A DNA stretch of 64,000 bases from Antedon mediterranea (GCF_964355755.1 NC_092676.1:5619888-5683887); one strand, 5' to 3'; numbered from the stretch's first letter, positions 10,901 to 28,480 are shown. The notes: generated from the sequence alone by a model not told the origin. Numbers and translations are program-made.

Positions 10901-13900
10901 GTTTTCAATCCATTTTTGGTCAAAGTGAATACAGCTATTATGTAACGTTAAAATGAAACAAAAGATTATGTTTTCAGAGGGACAATATTTTTTTTAATAT
11001 TTTCAAATGTTCCTATACTTCTTTTTAATTCAAAATTAGATTATGTAACCAGTTTAAAATACACTGTAAACTTTAAACTTACTTTGACTCTATCATCAGG
11101 GCCATTGAATAGTTGGATTCTTCTGATGTAGTTGAGTACAGGATCTCTGTAGTCATCTATCACATTGTGTGTACACACTGGTGGGAGGTTTGGCGTTTGA
11201 GCACTGTATATACAGCGCTTTAGTTGTACCATATCGCTGGAGCTCAGTAGATTTTCCCCCTTCGGTGTCTCTCCTCTATAAAGGTAAACAAAGACATTTG
11301 ATCGGCAGTTAGTGAAAATTCTAGGGCTAGTTATTGAAGGTGCATGCCCTGTAGAAAAATTTAATGATATTCACCACAAGCCACATATTTTATGCGAAAT
11401 TAACTCTTGTTTTTAAGCAAACTAAACCTAGATTACATAATATTAAGTTTTATGGATTTTTTATGTCATACGTATCGACCAAGACTTAGTTACAACTCTG
11501 GCACTAGGTCAGGATTAACCCTGGACTTTGGGAGGGAAGCACGTCAACCACCAAGCTACAGCTCTGCTATTTCAAATGTAAACATCCAAACCCAACCAGG
11601 AAAATGAATGGCGAATCCATTAAGACACCTTACCGTAGTGCATGTTCAAACACTTTCTTGCCAATTTTCTCTTGGATGTCGGCAACTGTTTCTTTCATTT
11701 GTTTACAGATGGCTTGACCTCGGAGGGACTCGACATTAAAGCTGTTTGTGCGTGCAGGAAAGATGAGAAAGGCAACTACAGTCATCTTGGAACCAGATTT
11801 CTGGTGAGAAAATAACAACAACCGCTACAATATAAACGGTTTTACTTGTATTCAGATAATTACCCTTCAAGGCAAGTACTGTATTAGGTTAACTATAAGA
11901 TGATAATTACTCCCTTCCACTCTTCAACTATCTAAGTGTTTTTTGTTGTTGTAATCATGCAGGTCAGAAGTAGGTCTGTAATACTCAATCTGGTCTCAAA
12001 TTGCAAGTCAAAACAAAAATGAAACAAAGCCTATTAATAGTGTTAAGCTCTGGCTGCACTATCAAACTTTATGTGACAAAAAAATGTGATGTGCCCATAT
12101 ATGGACATGATGTCATATCACTACCATATTTAAGCATATCACTACCATACTGTATTTGGGCACAACAAATAGTTTACTACATAGTGTATAGCTGTTAATA
12201 TTATCTTACCTTCATGTAATAATTAAGTCTTGCTAATGATTCTAAAAATATATCTGCACCTTTATTGGAGAATTCATAGCGACCGGCAATGAAGAAGTAC
12301 AAGGTTTTATCGAGGTCAAAGTTGAAATGACTGTAGAAAAAAATGTATTTCATTATTCTTTTATATCATTCATAATTATTCATTCGCGGTACTATATGTA
12401 CCATTTATTTGTATCAACAGAATATATATACACAGTATTTCTTTTACAAGAATATTTCTATAAGTTTAATCTCAATCATAATGAACAAAAAACGTATTTG
12501 ATACAAAACGGGTATGCAATGAGCCAAAGCTCTTAAAGGCATTATCAGAAAAAGAAAAAAAATTTAACATGGAATCTCTCCTGTTCAGGACAAGCACCTT
12601 ACCACTAGACCACATAATATTCTGATAGTATAACAGGCCGGACACTATTTTGTTAAAAGGTTAGCAAAGCAAGAAACATTGGCGGACCAAGGATTGCAGC
12701 ACACTGCTGCACTTCATAAAGTCCTAAAAATGTACATCAAAACTTGCTTCACTGCACTAGGTCAGATTAAATATTATAATTCATTAATATTTTACCCATG
12801 AAAATGTCCTCTGACAAAATCGTTAATTTTTTCTTTGGCTTTTGCGTGAAGGTTTTGAAATTCATGCATAGCTTGAAACTTGACCACATTCAAACCATTA
12901 GGTACTACAACATCTGAAAATATAATAAATTTTATAATATTCACAATTGAATATTTATTCATAATATTTAGAATCTGCAAAAATTGCTTTGGATTGATCA
13001 TACAGTCAACTCTTCCGATACCGGACTTTCTGTCCGGAAACTCTCTTTTTATTTAGGTCCTTTCTCCTTACATAAATCTATTCAGGAACACTTTTCTGTG
13101 AAACAAACAACCTTGGGGCATTATATGGCCACATAATGGCTGACCCATATTCAGGCGAAACCTCTTTGTTGGGCCTGTCAAAGGTACAGTACTGTATCTC
13201 CTTACGTGTTCTACTGTAATCTTTTACTGTATTTGTATTAACTGGTTTTTAGTATATTATTTATTTGAAATGTATACCTGCTTTTCTCTTTAAAAGGGCT
13301 TCACTTTCAATAGCCAAGATTTCAGACACGGTGCTAAATACATGCGCTGTATGAACTGCCGCCCTCTCCATACAATATCGGTGGTAAATGCCACGCTGGC
13401 CTGCTTCTTTATCGACATCAAACTGAAAATGAATACAGTACAAAATAACATTTTTAATCTGACAAATAGAAAACAATAATAATAATAATCAGGACATTTA
13501 AAATGATTACAAAAATGAAATATTATTTTGAGAGTCCTAGAAATAAATACACTGAGAATACTTTTATTAGTAATATTGAACCACAATAGAGAAAGAAGTT
13601 TTCTTTTCCATTTATTTTGTAAATGAAATTTTAAAGAAAAAACTACATAACAATTATACAGCATACATGAAAAGGTATTGTGACCGTAAAAGAATATTTT
13701 GTCATTGTTTTGTGAAAGACTAGTAGTATTCTAGAAAATACCCTTACTTGAAAATAGCAAAGTCATCCTTGATGATAATCCATTTTTTTCCAAAATACTG
13801 TACTACATTTCATTAATTTTGTCATGCATTTTTGATATATACCATTATAGATGAATAGACACCTACTACAAAATTTGAATGCAATAAGTGGAATAAGACT

Positions 13901-16041
13901 ATAATTCAAATGTAAAAGACCTTAGTGCCTGCGGAATGCAATTGTTAAATTGCTGAGGTTTTTTTTTAGCAAGAGTACATGATATATTATATGTCATTAA
14001 CAAAAAATCAGCTACAAAAAACAACCAACCATGTGAACGTATTCACCATTCACACTTTAGGCTAAGGGAAATACTTACCTTTAAAATTAAGAAAATCTAT
14101 CCAAGTGAATGCAATTTAAGAGAAATACTTAAAATATTTATTGAGTTGATGCTGTGTCTAAGAAAGGCAATATACAAACCTTATCCAGGTTATTATAAAA
14201 GTCTACATTGCCAGCACAAAGGTATCTGCCGAGGAGAGTAGCGTGAGTGGTGAAGATCGTACAGCAGTCAACGTGTCGTAGACGACAGAGCAACAACCCT
14301 ACTCCCGACAACCATTCATGAAACTGCGTCATTATCAAGGGCTTTTCTTCAGAATCAAAACCAGCACGGAACTGTTTGAAGAGAAAAATAAATGATATGA
14401 TGCATGGTATGTCTTTTATTCAAGGTATTTTTATAGAATGTTCCCATAACAAGCTTAATGTGTAAATTTCTGAACCTATTTTATCAAATGTACAGTATAA
14501 TTTACCTCTCCAATGAACCACTGAACAAGGTTTCCAAATATGACAGCATCATTTGATTCCTTGTCATGCCATGGGATGCCAATGTGAGCCAATTCCCAAA
14601 GATCCTTCTTCCATTGGTCCAGCATGTGAGAAGCGAATCCAATGTCAAAGAGAATGACATTAGGGTAGCCATCGATGAGCCAACGACCACATACAATCTG
14701 GTGAGATAGTATAATAGACCTATATGTTAAACAAGGTAGGTAGAGTATGGCATAAATATAAAACCTCCATTTGGGATGATGGTACAGTATATGAAGAAGG
14801 AACGATAAATCAACCAAATACAGTCCACTAAAGCTCTATCTATACACTACAGTAGTTTGACAAAAAAAGTGTGATATGCACAAATATGGTAGTGATATGA
14901 CATCATGTCTATGTGGTAGGCACATCACATTTTTTTGTCACATAAAATTTGAAATTGTAGATAGAGCTTTATGATGGTATTGATATAACTGATGTTAGCA
15001 CTTCCCCATCATGTAATTTAAGAAATCCTGGATTCACTCCTGGTCCATTCTACACCAGCACTAATTGGCTGATGCATCACCAATTAAATTTTCATCCCGT
15101 ACTAATGTGATGTCTCAAAAAATGGTATACAATTATTGTCCAATCAGAACATACTTTTATCCCACTCTTCCTCATTGAATCTACAGCTCTTTTAATTAGT
15201 GGATTTTCAGGCTCCATTAACTCAACTTCTGTCTTGATACAGTTTTCGTTACAAGGTCCAAGCAGGTAATACTGGTCACCCATCTCGTCCACGGTTACAC
15301 CTGCTTTTGACCTAATCACTGTATATATACCTCCAACTAAAAAACATTTAGACTCGTTAAATTTAATATTATTGTCAATCAAATAATTTACCTTGTGGAA
15401 CACTAGGCCTAATTATATAAATGAAATGAACTAATATTTAAAAAAAGTATCGTATCGTAATAATTAGTACTAAAAGGGATGCACTCTGAAGCCAAATAAA
15501 ATAATTTGACCAATCACGACACGATGATTTGATGATCAGAGCAATTACGTCATGATTAGTCAAATTACTTGCATATTATGTTTGGGTCCTTGCATTGCGT
15601 GCGTCCTAGTGGTAACTACTAAGATTTGATTGATTTAGTGAACATTAAAATTAAATTAAAACAAATAGGTAGGCCTATGCAATGCATTCTACTTTAATAT
15701 TATCTATCAATCAATAATCATTATTAATTTAATCAATAATTTAATTATTATTTTAGTAATTAATACAGACGGCAGTACAGAGAATTAGCAAAGTACAAAC
15801 AGAACAGTTTTATCCAACTCCTAGCTACCTTTTAAAGGCCGATATGTATGCAAATACATTTCATAGTAGTGCAAGAATATTTACCTTTGTTGACGACTTC
15901 CCATGCAATCTCAAATAACCACATATTTTGTTCAGAGGCAGTGGCACCTCTGTCCATCTCGCACAGGGCAGTATCAAACCCTGGAAGTGTTTTCTGCACT
16001 CGGGACATTGAGTGAGATCTTTCTAACTTTTTAGGCATCAT
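7985..16041 (-). CDS. GYS1: Glycogen synthase (GT3 family), 14 coding exons, 679 aa; exons 16041-15885, 15336-15155, 14697-14506, 14371-14180, 13422-13278, 12913-12796, 12330-12210, 11800-11634, 11275-11083, 10256-10130, 9454-9297, 8800-8699, 8492-8412, 8089-7985
   Basis: Translation contains [48 protein letters not shown], the catalytic [12 protein letters not shown] (E-X7-E), the arginine cluster [15 protein letters not shown] and a C-terminal phospho-cluster. Exon lengths sum to 2040 nt in frame. Probably co-orthologous to GYS1/GYS2. Confidence 0.97.
10358..10995. mobile_element. Two Kolobok-like MITEs head-to-head sharing one TTAA (10711-10714), GYS intron 9
   Basis: Copy 1 (10358-10710) has intact TIRs and TTAA at both ends; copy 2 starts at 10715 (AGATGTATATCCTCAAAAACATG) in the opposite orientation and has a decayed far end. 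Confidence 0.8.
12046..12196. mobile_element. MITE, AGCTCTGTCTACACTATCAAA family
   Basis: TTA|AGCTCTGGCTGCACTATCAAACTTTATGTGACAAAAAAATGTGATGTGCCC, homologous to the 3612 copy. Confidence 0.75.
13003..13216. mobile_element. Decayed Tc1/mariner-type MITE
   Basis: TA|CAGTCAACTCTTCCGATACCGGAC matches the left end of the 62154 element; the right end is decayed. Confidence 0.5.
14832..14968. mobile_element. MITE, AGCTCTGTCTACACTATCAAA family (reverse orientation)
   Basis: TAA|AGCTCTATCTATAC...GTAGATAGAGCT|TTA; TWA target. Confidence 0.8.
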
Positions 16042-16487
16042 TTCAGGCTTCAATCATCGACAACTTCTTACAGTTAAATTACACTAGGCCTGGACCTATA
16101 CTATTAAATTGCTGCAATTACACACTGACCACCTCCCCTACGTAATCTGGCCTTTTTGATCAGCAACCCAAACTGACCACTGTGCACACACCACCACATA
16201 AAAATAAACACACTACTAGCTGACCTTGAGAGTAAGTACCACGCAAGCTGTTAAAATAAATAAACACTTTTTAAAAATCATTTATTATTAATTCTACAGA
16301 AAGTTTATATAAATTAAAAATATAGTATATATTTGTAATATTTTGTATCTTTCAAAAAAAAAAAACAAACAGAAAGATTATTTATTCTTTTTTTTGTAAA
16401 ATTGTTTTAAATGTTATTTATAGGAAGATAAGTACTCATTCGGAATCTAAAAACCACGTGACCTTTCTTTTCGCAAAATCTGCCATC
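16042..16487. promoter_or_regulatory. Shared divergent promoter of GYS and RPS13, with a TCT/5'TOP-like start for RPS13
   Basis: The two ATGs point away from each other with 446 bp between them. CACGTG (16455-16460) is followed by the pyrimidine tract CCTTTCTTTTC (16462-16472), typical of ribosomal-protein gene starts. Confidence 0.75.
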
Positions 16488-20780
<4,293 letters not shown>

Positions 20781-21639
20781 ATTGCTCCAACAAACAAATG
20801 CTAAATAATACATCACCATGACAATAAGAAGCTGGGGTTATTATTCAACAACTTTCTTTTGTAAAAATAAGTAATTGTGAAAGACTGATCCTGTTAACAT
20901 TTGAATAAAAGGAAGCAATGCAGCAATCTGTTGTTTATTTTTATTTATTTGTGTTTTAGTCAGATCTATCTTTCTCTCCTATACCTGGTTTTGATGATGA
21001 TTATTAAAAATAACAGATAATCTTTTGCAGTCCTAGTCCAGTGGTCATTCATTCTCCATTCACCCTTAACTTAGGCAAGAAAAAACGCCTGTAACATTGT
21101 GTGAATATTGTCCATAAATATTATTGACTTAAGTGAAAAACTTAGTGTTTGAAAAAAATTTCTCACATTGCGTGCTATATGGTCCTGCATGCTAGAAGCG
21201 AGAAAGTGCTAACAATTTGTTTTCTGTTGGGATTATCTTCTGTTGGGATTTTTATCAATAATGATTTCTGAAATTAGGAAAGTTGAGTGGTTTCTTTTCT
21301 AGTTAAATCTGAAATATTCCCACTTGGAATTCCATAATAAATTTGTAATAGATGCAATTTATAAAAGATACTAAATTTAAACAAAAAATATTTCTTCGCT
21401 GCTTGACATTTTAAAATTATTCATTGTTCTGTCGTCAGATATATTTATGATTAATTATTAAAAAGATGTCCTTTAATCAAAAATACATACAAATCCAAGA
21501 CAGTTCTTTAATTATGATTTACATGCCCATTTAAAAATGGTCAATTTTGAACTTTAATGTGCTGTGTGTGTGTGACCTCAACCTGTTTGCATGCAACTGA
21601 ATACCCTCTAGAGACAACGTGACTTCACGGCTCCTGTAC

Positions 21640-21813
21640 TAGTCTGTGCTCCAGACGGAGTTTTTTCTTAATATTAGTAAAAATATAAATATTTTTGCAC
21701 ATATGGCGTTTCATACGTGTATTACTTGAGTTTGGATTTTCAGAAAAAAATCGCAGTCGAAATAAAAACAAATAAATAAAAATAAAAAACAATACAGACT
21801 TGGGGCAAGTCTA
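21640..21813. mobile_element. Short element with TAG..CTA ends and a perfect 9-bp TSD (AcademH- or hATm-like)
   Basis: CTCCTGTAC at 21631-21639 and 21814-21822; imperfect TIRs TAGTCTGTGCTCCAGAC / GACTTGGGGCAAGTCTA. Confidence 0.7.
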
Positions 21814-22682
21814 CTCCTGTACAAGCGAGTAAATTCTTCCCAGTCTGTTGATTTGCGTCAACCAATCAAAGGGCGAGAATCCAAAATCGTTCAACCGTGA
21901 GATTCTCTTTTTCCCAGACGTTTTTTTGGTCCAGCACCTGGGATCTATAAATTATAGTCGAGTTTACAAAGTCGCTAAACTGTCGGCCTTAGATGCAATA
22001 ACTGCTGCTTGCTTTAGCTTATGAATGAGTAGTCCTCGTGGGACGTAGCTGGCTAGAGCAGCAATGTGAAAAATTATCTTTTAATTATATTTGTTGAGCA
22101 TAGTTTTGCCAAATCGGACGTTACCGTACCTTACACTGCTGCCTATCCTACCATATTCTAAAAATAAACACTCCAAATTTATGTATGTATTAACATACAG
22201 GATTACACAATCAGGTAAAAGAAAACGGTTTTAAATTGTTGGCCTGTCCTAAATACAAAAATAATCAGGAAAAAAAAAGTTAAGTTTTTTGAAGAAAAAA
22301 AAATGAGATCGATATCTAGCTTTGAATTGAATGAAGCAATTGTTGGGGAATATTTAATTTCAGTTGGTAGGTTATTCCAAATTTTAGCGCCTGCAACTTT
22401 GTTTTAGTGTGAAAAGGTTAACAGAAAAGAGTAGACTCCTGACATGTTGTAAATATAAATCATCAAACTTTTACAGTAATGTCGATTTAAAAGCTTTATG
22501 ACTTTTGCTAATGTTTACACCGTCGTTATGTTTAAGGTTAGGTTACATAAAACAGCGTTTGTTTCGTTATATGCGAAATTTGTTGTATTCGATTGCGAGT
22601 TTTATCGTTGAGAATAGTTTTTTCCATTGAGAGCCTACTTATTTAATTGAGTATTTTGAGCGTTGAGATTGTTCTTAAAGAT

Positions 22683-22815
22683 CCCTTGCGCTGATCTAGT
22701 ATGTTTCCAACGTGTTTGATCCCAAAAAAATAAAGGGGTAATAATGTTCAGCGCTTGAAGAGGTTTCACAACATTATGCGCTATATAAATCCCGGATATT
22801 ATTGTTATTATTATT
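22683..22815 (+). mobile_element. 5'-truncated copy of the SINE at 30000
   Basis: CCCTTGCGCTGAT...TAATAATGTTCAGCGCTT...GCGCTATATAAATCC..(TTA)n is shared with 30149-30294. Confidence 0.75.
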
Positions 22816-23730
22816 TTCTGTTGAGCACAATTTGTTTACAATTTACAATTCGAATAAAAAAAGTACTGTTGACAACGAAAGTTCTGAATCGAATACGACA
22901 ATTTAAATGTTCCTAAATTCGGTGTCGCACGTGTGACACGCTGAATCGACGAATATTGCTAGTGAACGTAAACAAGAAAACAAATTTCGTCGAATTTGCA
23001 TATACAGGAGGGAGTCGTATTCAACTTTGCTCTGCATGGAATGTTTGCATCGACGTTTGCTCCACACCAGTTTTGTCGGATCGAATTTTGTCTACTTTGC
23101 ATCAAGTGTCTAGTCAGACTTGAAAATGTAGATTTTTCGTGTGTCCTTTAGTACAATGAATTATTACTATTGAAATTTCTATGAAAGGCCAGGGCAAGGA
23201 ACCGTCGTTTAAAAAATACGATAAATTCAGTGACGTAACCCTCCAACGCTGGATGCCTCGGACGTTTTTATCATTTTCGACATATTTTATTAAAATGCCT
23301 GTTTTTCCACTGGACACTGTTCAGCACCCCCCCCCCCCCCCCACATAAGCTGGGTAGCCAGTGGGCGCTCATATCCGTTAAGCCACTGGATGATAGGCCT
23401 AATAATTAAATTCTATCTCCATATGAAGGACGCACAGATAACTCCCGTCCGAACGGGCCCTTTGACGATGATATTTAAAACACGCCCTCGAAATTGAACA
23501 AGTGAATAATTTAGCATTTTGAACAATTACCTAGGTTGTGACACAATCAAGTCAAGTACAGAACAGGTCGTTATTTTTTTTTAATAGAATTAAAGTCACA
23601 ATTGTTCACACATACTAATTTATAAAGCATTTTGTTCCATAACAATCGGGTGTGGACAAGACAATATAAGTTTAGAATCTCACAACAACAGACCTTGGAG
23701 TTGTATAGATTGTTTGGATATAGCTCTGTT

Positions 23731-23825
23731 TGACGTCACATACTTAGCTGGTACTAAGCGTCAGTTAGGGAACGCCGCGACAGAGACTACGATTGTAACA
23801 TCATCTGCAGTAGAAAAAGGTATGT
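23731..23825 (+). promoter_or_regulatory. Candidate core promoter and non-coding first exon (~23763-23819), possibly of the tetraspanin
   Basis: CRE TGACGTCA at 23731, Inr-like TCAGTT at 23761, donor AAG|GTATGT at 23819/23820. The tetraspanin ATG exon starts with a splice acceptor, so an upstream exon is expected. Confidence 0.4.
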
Positions 23826-24694
23826 AAACATTTTGTAGGCCTAAAATAGTTATGGAATAACGTTTTTATATTATATATTATGTTTGCATCATAAGTGTGC
23901 GAAGATATTTTGTGAATTAACTGCAAATATCGGCCTAGTAAAAGGTAGGCCTACTTGTTTTCGCAGAGGGAGCAAAATTAACTCCCACTGGCCGCTCATA
24001 ATTCCGAGCTTCTGTATTCTTTTATTTCATATATTATTAAATTAAGTTAAAAAGCAGCTGATATAATAGCTTATTCTTTTTCATGTATAAGGAAAAATAA
24101 AAATCCTAAAGTTGATCATTCATTGCCTTAATTAGTTACCCGCCTCAAACTAGGCACTTCCTCATTTATTCATGAAATCAATGGAGTTTTTGATCAGAAA
24201 AACTGAAAAAAAAAACACAGAAAAATTAAACAGGATATCAAGGTCGATCCAAGGCCGGCGTTTTCCTGCGCCGTAACATGTTTAGGGTTTTCGCGTAAAA
24301 TTGATTCTAGCAAAACGATTACATTTCTGTTAAAATATTTATGAATACCACGATAACTATTTCTTATATTTATAACACAGTTAATGGCCTGTGTAACATT
24401 TATACCGTTTGGCTGGTAGCCATGTCTACTGTATATAACAACAGTTTACGAACTGCAATTCCGCTTTTGGTGTCGGGTACTACTGTCAGTTATTGAACTA
24501 CTAGGTGTGGCAGAACGGTATAATGGTTTACACATACAGTAGCTTCAGTTTGTTGTGATTAGGCTCTAGTTCACTGGGGCAATCACAATTCGAGTTATAC
24601 ACGCGCCAGCAACAATTACGAGGAACTATATATAGATATTATGACCTAAATAATTTATAAAAATGAACATTTTCTGTGACGTTATGTAGCCTAA

Positions 24695-26985
24695 AGCTTG
24701 GTTCCCACTAGTGACGCAACGTAACGCAATCTACGCAACGTAAGAAAACACCCTTCTAATAATTGTGTTTGCTCCCCGTCTGCTTGAAATCAAATTTGCA
24801 GCACTATTCCGTCGTCGGTTCCCACTTGTGATTACGCAATAGGCCTACAGCACTTTGCGTCAATACGTCGATGTGTTGCGTTTTAGTGGGAGACTCTTGA
24901 CGCACGCGCGTTCAAATGATGTTATACACGTTCGCGTCAACTTATGTCCGTGGTAGATAATTGACAGTTATTGCTTTCCCATAACATCAAAACACCAATT
25001 ATGAATTTTAAAATATCTCCTTGGTAACAAAGCCATATTTCCAATAATTTGAATTTCATGATGAATATTATAATTTTTATATATTTTCAAGGTTTTCCAC
25101 GGACGTGCGTATCCGTTGATTTTGGAATCTCTATTTACAAGTTTGATAGTTAACTATTATTTTGCCATTGGCTATAATAAGGTTTATTCATTTGTTAGTA
25201 GTTGACCTCATAAAACAGATATGCTTCTATTATAAGGTCTACGATTCTACATTAAACCCTATTACAGGTAGCTCAACCTTACAGCTCAGCCATTTGTGTT
25301 GAGTGGTGGTGGGTGTGGTCTTTGAAGCCGTATATTGTACACTAAAAAATAGCCAGCCGTTGTTCCAGTGTAGCAGTAGTTCTGCTTTCCGCGTATGGCT
25401 AATAAAGCTTGGTTCCCACTAGCGACGCAACGTAACGCAATCTGCGCAACGTAAGAAAATGCCCTTTTAATAATTGTGTTTTCCCCCCGCCTGCGTGAAA
25501 TCAAACTTGCGATGTTTATGTGTCGTCGGTGTCGTCCCACTTGTGATTACGCAATACAGCACTTTGCGTCGTTGCGTTGCGTCCTAGTGGGAACCACGCT
25601 TTAGCGATTTCCAAAATTGACAGTATACGAGTGTAATAGGCCTACAGTAATGTTTTAATTCAACAACATCTCGAATCTTGGAGTTGGGGACCCCTTTGGA
25701 AACAAGCCTCTGGGCTTAAAGGGCCATCCCCTGCTTTCCATGCTTATTTTCTTGTCTAGTCTTGTATTTTTATATTTAATGTTTCTCTTTTTATTTCATT
25801 TACATTATACTGTTTTATTTATTTGTACTGTATTTGGAAAGCAATAAATATTACTTACTTACTTACTTACTAAACTTCATGCTCGAATAAACATTCATGT
25901 ACATATTTTGTCATAAACCATTGTACTAAACTTATCTGTTGTAAAAGTTGAAATCTATGGACATTTTCATGTACGAAACTATATAAATATACATAGCCCT
26001 AGCACATGTAGACACACAATCATAATTAAATATTTTAACATTAGGGCCTTTAGGCCTAGTCATCATTAGGCAAAACGTCATTTATATGATTATTGGAAAT
26101 TAGTATTGTATAATCTATCTGTAAAATCGGGATTAAGTAATTATTACGTCATGACGTTGCTTGTTTCAATTTCACTAAAGCGTGGTTCCTACTAGCGACG
26201 CAACGCAAGGACGTAACGCAACGCAAGTGAATTGACCAATCACAAGCGATGGCTTATTCGCTTGTGATAGCTAACTGTCTATAACTTCGCTTGTCATTGG
26301 TCAACGCGCTTACGTTCCGTTTACGTCCTTGCGTTACGTTCTAGTGGGAACCAAGCTTAAGGTACCGGTATTGTATACCGACGCACTTCCACAATGTTAT
26401 GCCTAATAATAAAATGTTATGCCTAATAATACAATAAAATATTTTACGAACACATTTTGAATAATAAAATGCTAAACTGTTCTTCGCTAGCTGCAATCAA
26501 TAATAATTTAAGCTTGGTTCCCACTAGAACGTAACGCAAGGACGTAAACGCAACGCAAGCGTTTTAACCAATGACAAGCGAAGTTATAGACAGACATAAT
26601 TAGCCATCGCTTGTGATTGGTCAATTCACCTGCGTTGCGTTACGTCCTTGTGTTGCGTCGCTAGTGGGAACCACGCTTTAATACTCATGATAACTAAAGT
26701 ATCCGTTTATAGATTGTAATTTCTAAGCCAAGCCTTTATCTGGTCTTGCTTTTATATCAATTACAAACCGGTAAACAGTTTTATATGCTTTATTCGTCTC
26801 TTAAGCTTGGTTCCCACTATAACGTAACGCAAGGACGTAAACGCAACGCAAGCGTTTTAACCAATGACAAGCGAAGTTATAGACAGTTAGCAATCACAAG
26901 CGAATAAGCCATCGCTTGTGATTGGTCAATTCACTTGCGTTGCGTTACGTCCTTGCATTGCGTCGCTAGTAGTGGGAACCACGCT
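24695..26985. mobile_element. Cluster of five Harbinger-like MITEs: 24695-~24897, 25406-25600, 26179-26357 (reverse), 26511-26677, 26804-26985
   Basis: TIRs AGCTTGGTTCCCACTAG / CTAGTGGGAACCACGCT; TSDs TAA..TAA (26179 copy) and TTA..TTA (26511 copy). Confidence 0.9.
25685..25871 (+). mobile_element. 3' tail of a non-LTR retroelement
   Basis: Stem TGCTTTCCA...TGGAAAGCA, then AATAAA and a (TTAC)n tail. Confidence 0.5.
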
Positions 26986-28128
26986 TCATATTTTCAATTG
27001 CGAATACTGTACTACTTTCGTCAAATACATCACGAATAGACACGGTATTGAGTTGATACGTATACTCAATGTTATAATCCAATGACTATAAACGTTTAGA
27101 TAAAATACTTCTAAAAGTAATACTTTTGAGAGCAACTGTCCCTTTAAATTTGTAAAACCAACCGCAATGTATTATACTGAATATCATAGCCTCATTAATA
27201 ATTACGATATTTGATAAGCCCTACATTTTTTAATGCGGTGTTTATAGGCAGGGACACTTAGCTTTTACTACCGATTGATTTGGACCGATTTCAAAATTTT
27301 TCCTCCAACAAATAAAGCTTTTATTATAGACTCATCAACATGGTAAAATATGTATAATACACACATAAGAAACTCGAGCCGCTATAGGTACCATATGGAA
27401 ATAGGTTTCTAGGCCAGTAGACCAACTAAGCCATGTTAGTAGGTCAATTTTATCAATCTAGTGGTCTATTTTCACCGGACTATCCGGGCTCTCATCTCCG
27501 GAAGGAACAGACTTGTTGACTACTTCTACATTCGCCTACTACACCATAGATACAATGCCTGCTAAGTCCTCGAACAACACCTATTGTCCACCAATACTAA
27601 TGTCAATGCCATTTAAAAGTATTTTGAATAGATAATTGTACATATGAAATACAATGCGTTGTCTCTTTGTATACATCGGTATTGTGTATGTTCAGATTCA
27701 GAGCACTCTCTTAATTCATCCTCGGTAAAGATCAGACCTCGTAACTTGTTATGATCAAATCAAAATTAATCATGTTACGCCTTCAAATGAATAATTGTAA
27801 GCCTAACCATTAAACAGTTTAGTAGTTTGTTTATGGATTTTTACCCACTCGTGGAGGCCACCTACAAATTATAACGGTTACACCAGATAATGCGCCGTAG
27901 GCCTACGTATTATAGGAAACGCGAAACAATAAAAGTACATTATGTTCGCCGCCCTGGCGAGTGTTTTTTAATTTGCCGGTTTTTTAGGCTTGTGTTGTTA
28001 TTTGTGCTATTGAAGACTCGCTTTTCAATTTTCCAGTCCTTTCAATTATTTAGTTTACAGTTATAGATGTTTCCCATGTATTTATGATTTGATTACAAAT
28101 AAACGTATATATTTTAGTTAAGTCGAAT

Positions 28129-28157
28129 CAAAGATCTTATATACTATAAGATCTTTG
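28129..28157. mobile_element. 29-bp palindromic insertion (P-element-like footprint or minimal MITE)
   Basis: CAAAGATCTTATA-TAC-TATAAGATCTTTG flanked by AGTCGAAT / ATTCGAAT. Confidence 0.5.
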
Positions 28158-28377
28158 ATTCGAATGCAAAGGACGACAGAGGGCGTGCTATTCAATATGT
28201 CGGTCTATTACAAGATACAGAAAACTCGAGATTTAAATAACCCTTTGTGATGTCGTCAGTCTATAAATTTTATTAAAAATCAATGGTCTGTTTGTATGTA
28301 CATATTTACAAAACATTTTCAGGAAGATAACTTAGATAACTAAGTTTTTGCCTAGTGCACATTATTTGTATTAAAAC

Positions 28378-28480
28378 ATTATTTGCATAATGCGTTATTT
28401 GCATAATACATTATTTGCATAATGCGTTATTTGCATAATACATTATTTGCATACTATATTATATTATTATTATTTGCATA
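28378..28480. repeat. 16-bp minisatellite, each unit carrying the octamer ATTTGCAT
   Basis: ATTTGCAT at 28381, 28397, 28413, 28429, 28445 and 28472. Confidence 0.85.
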
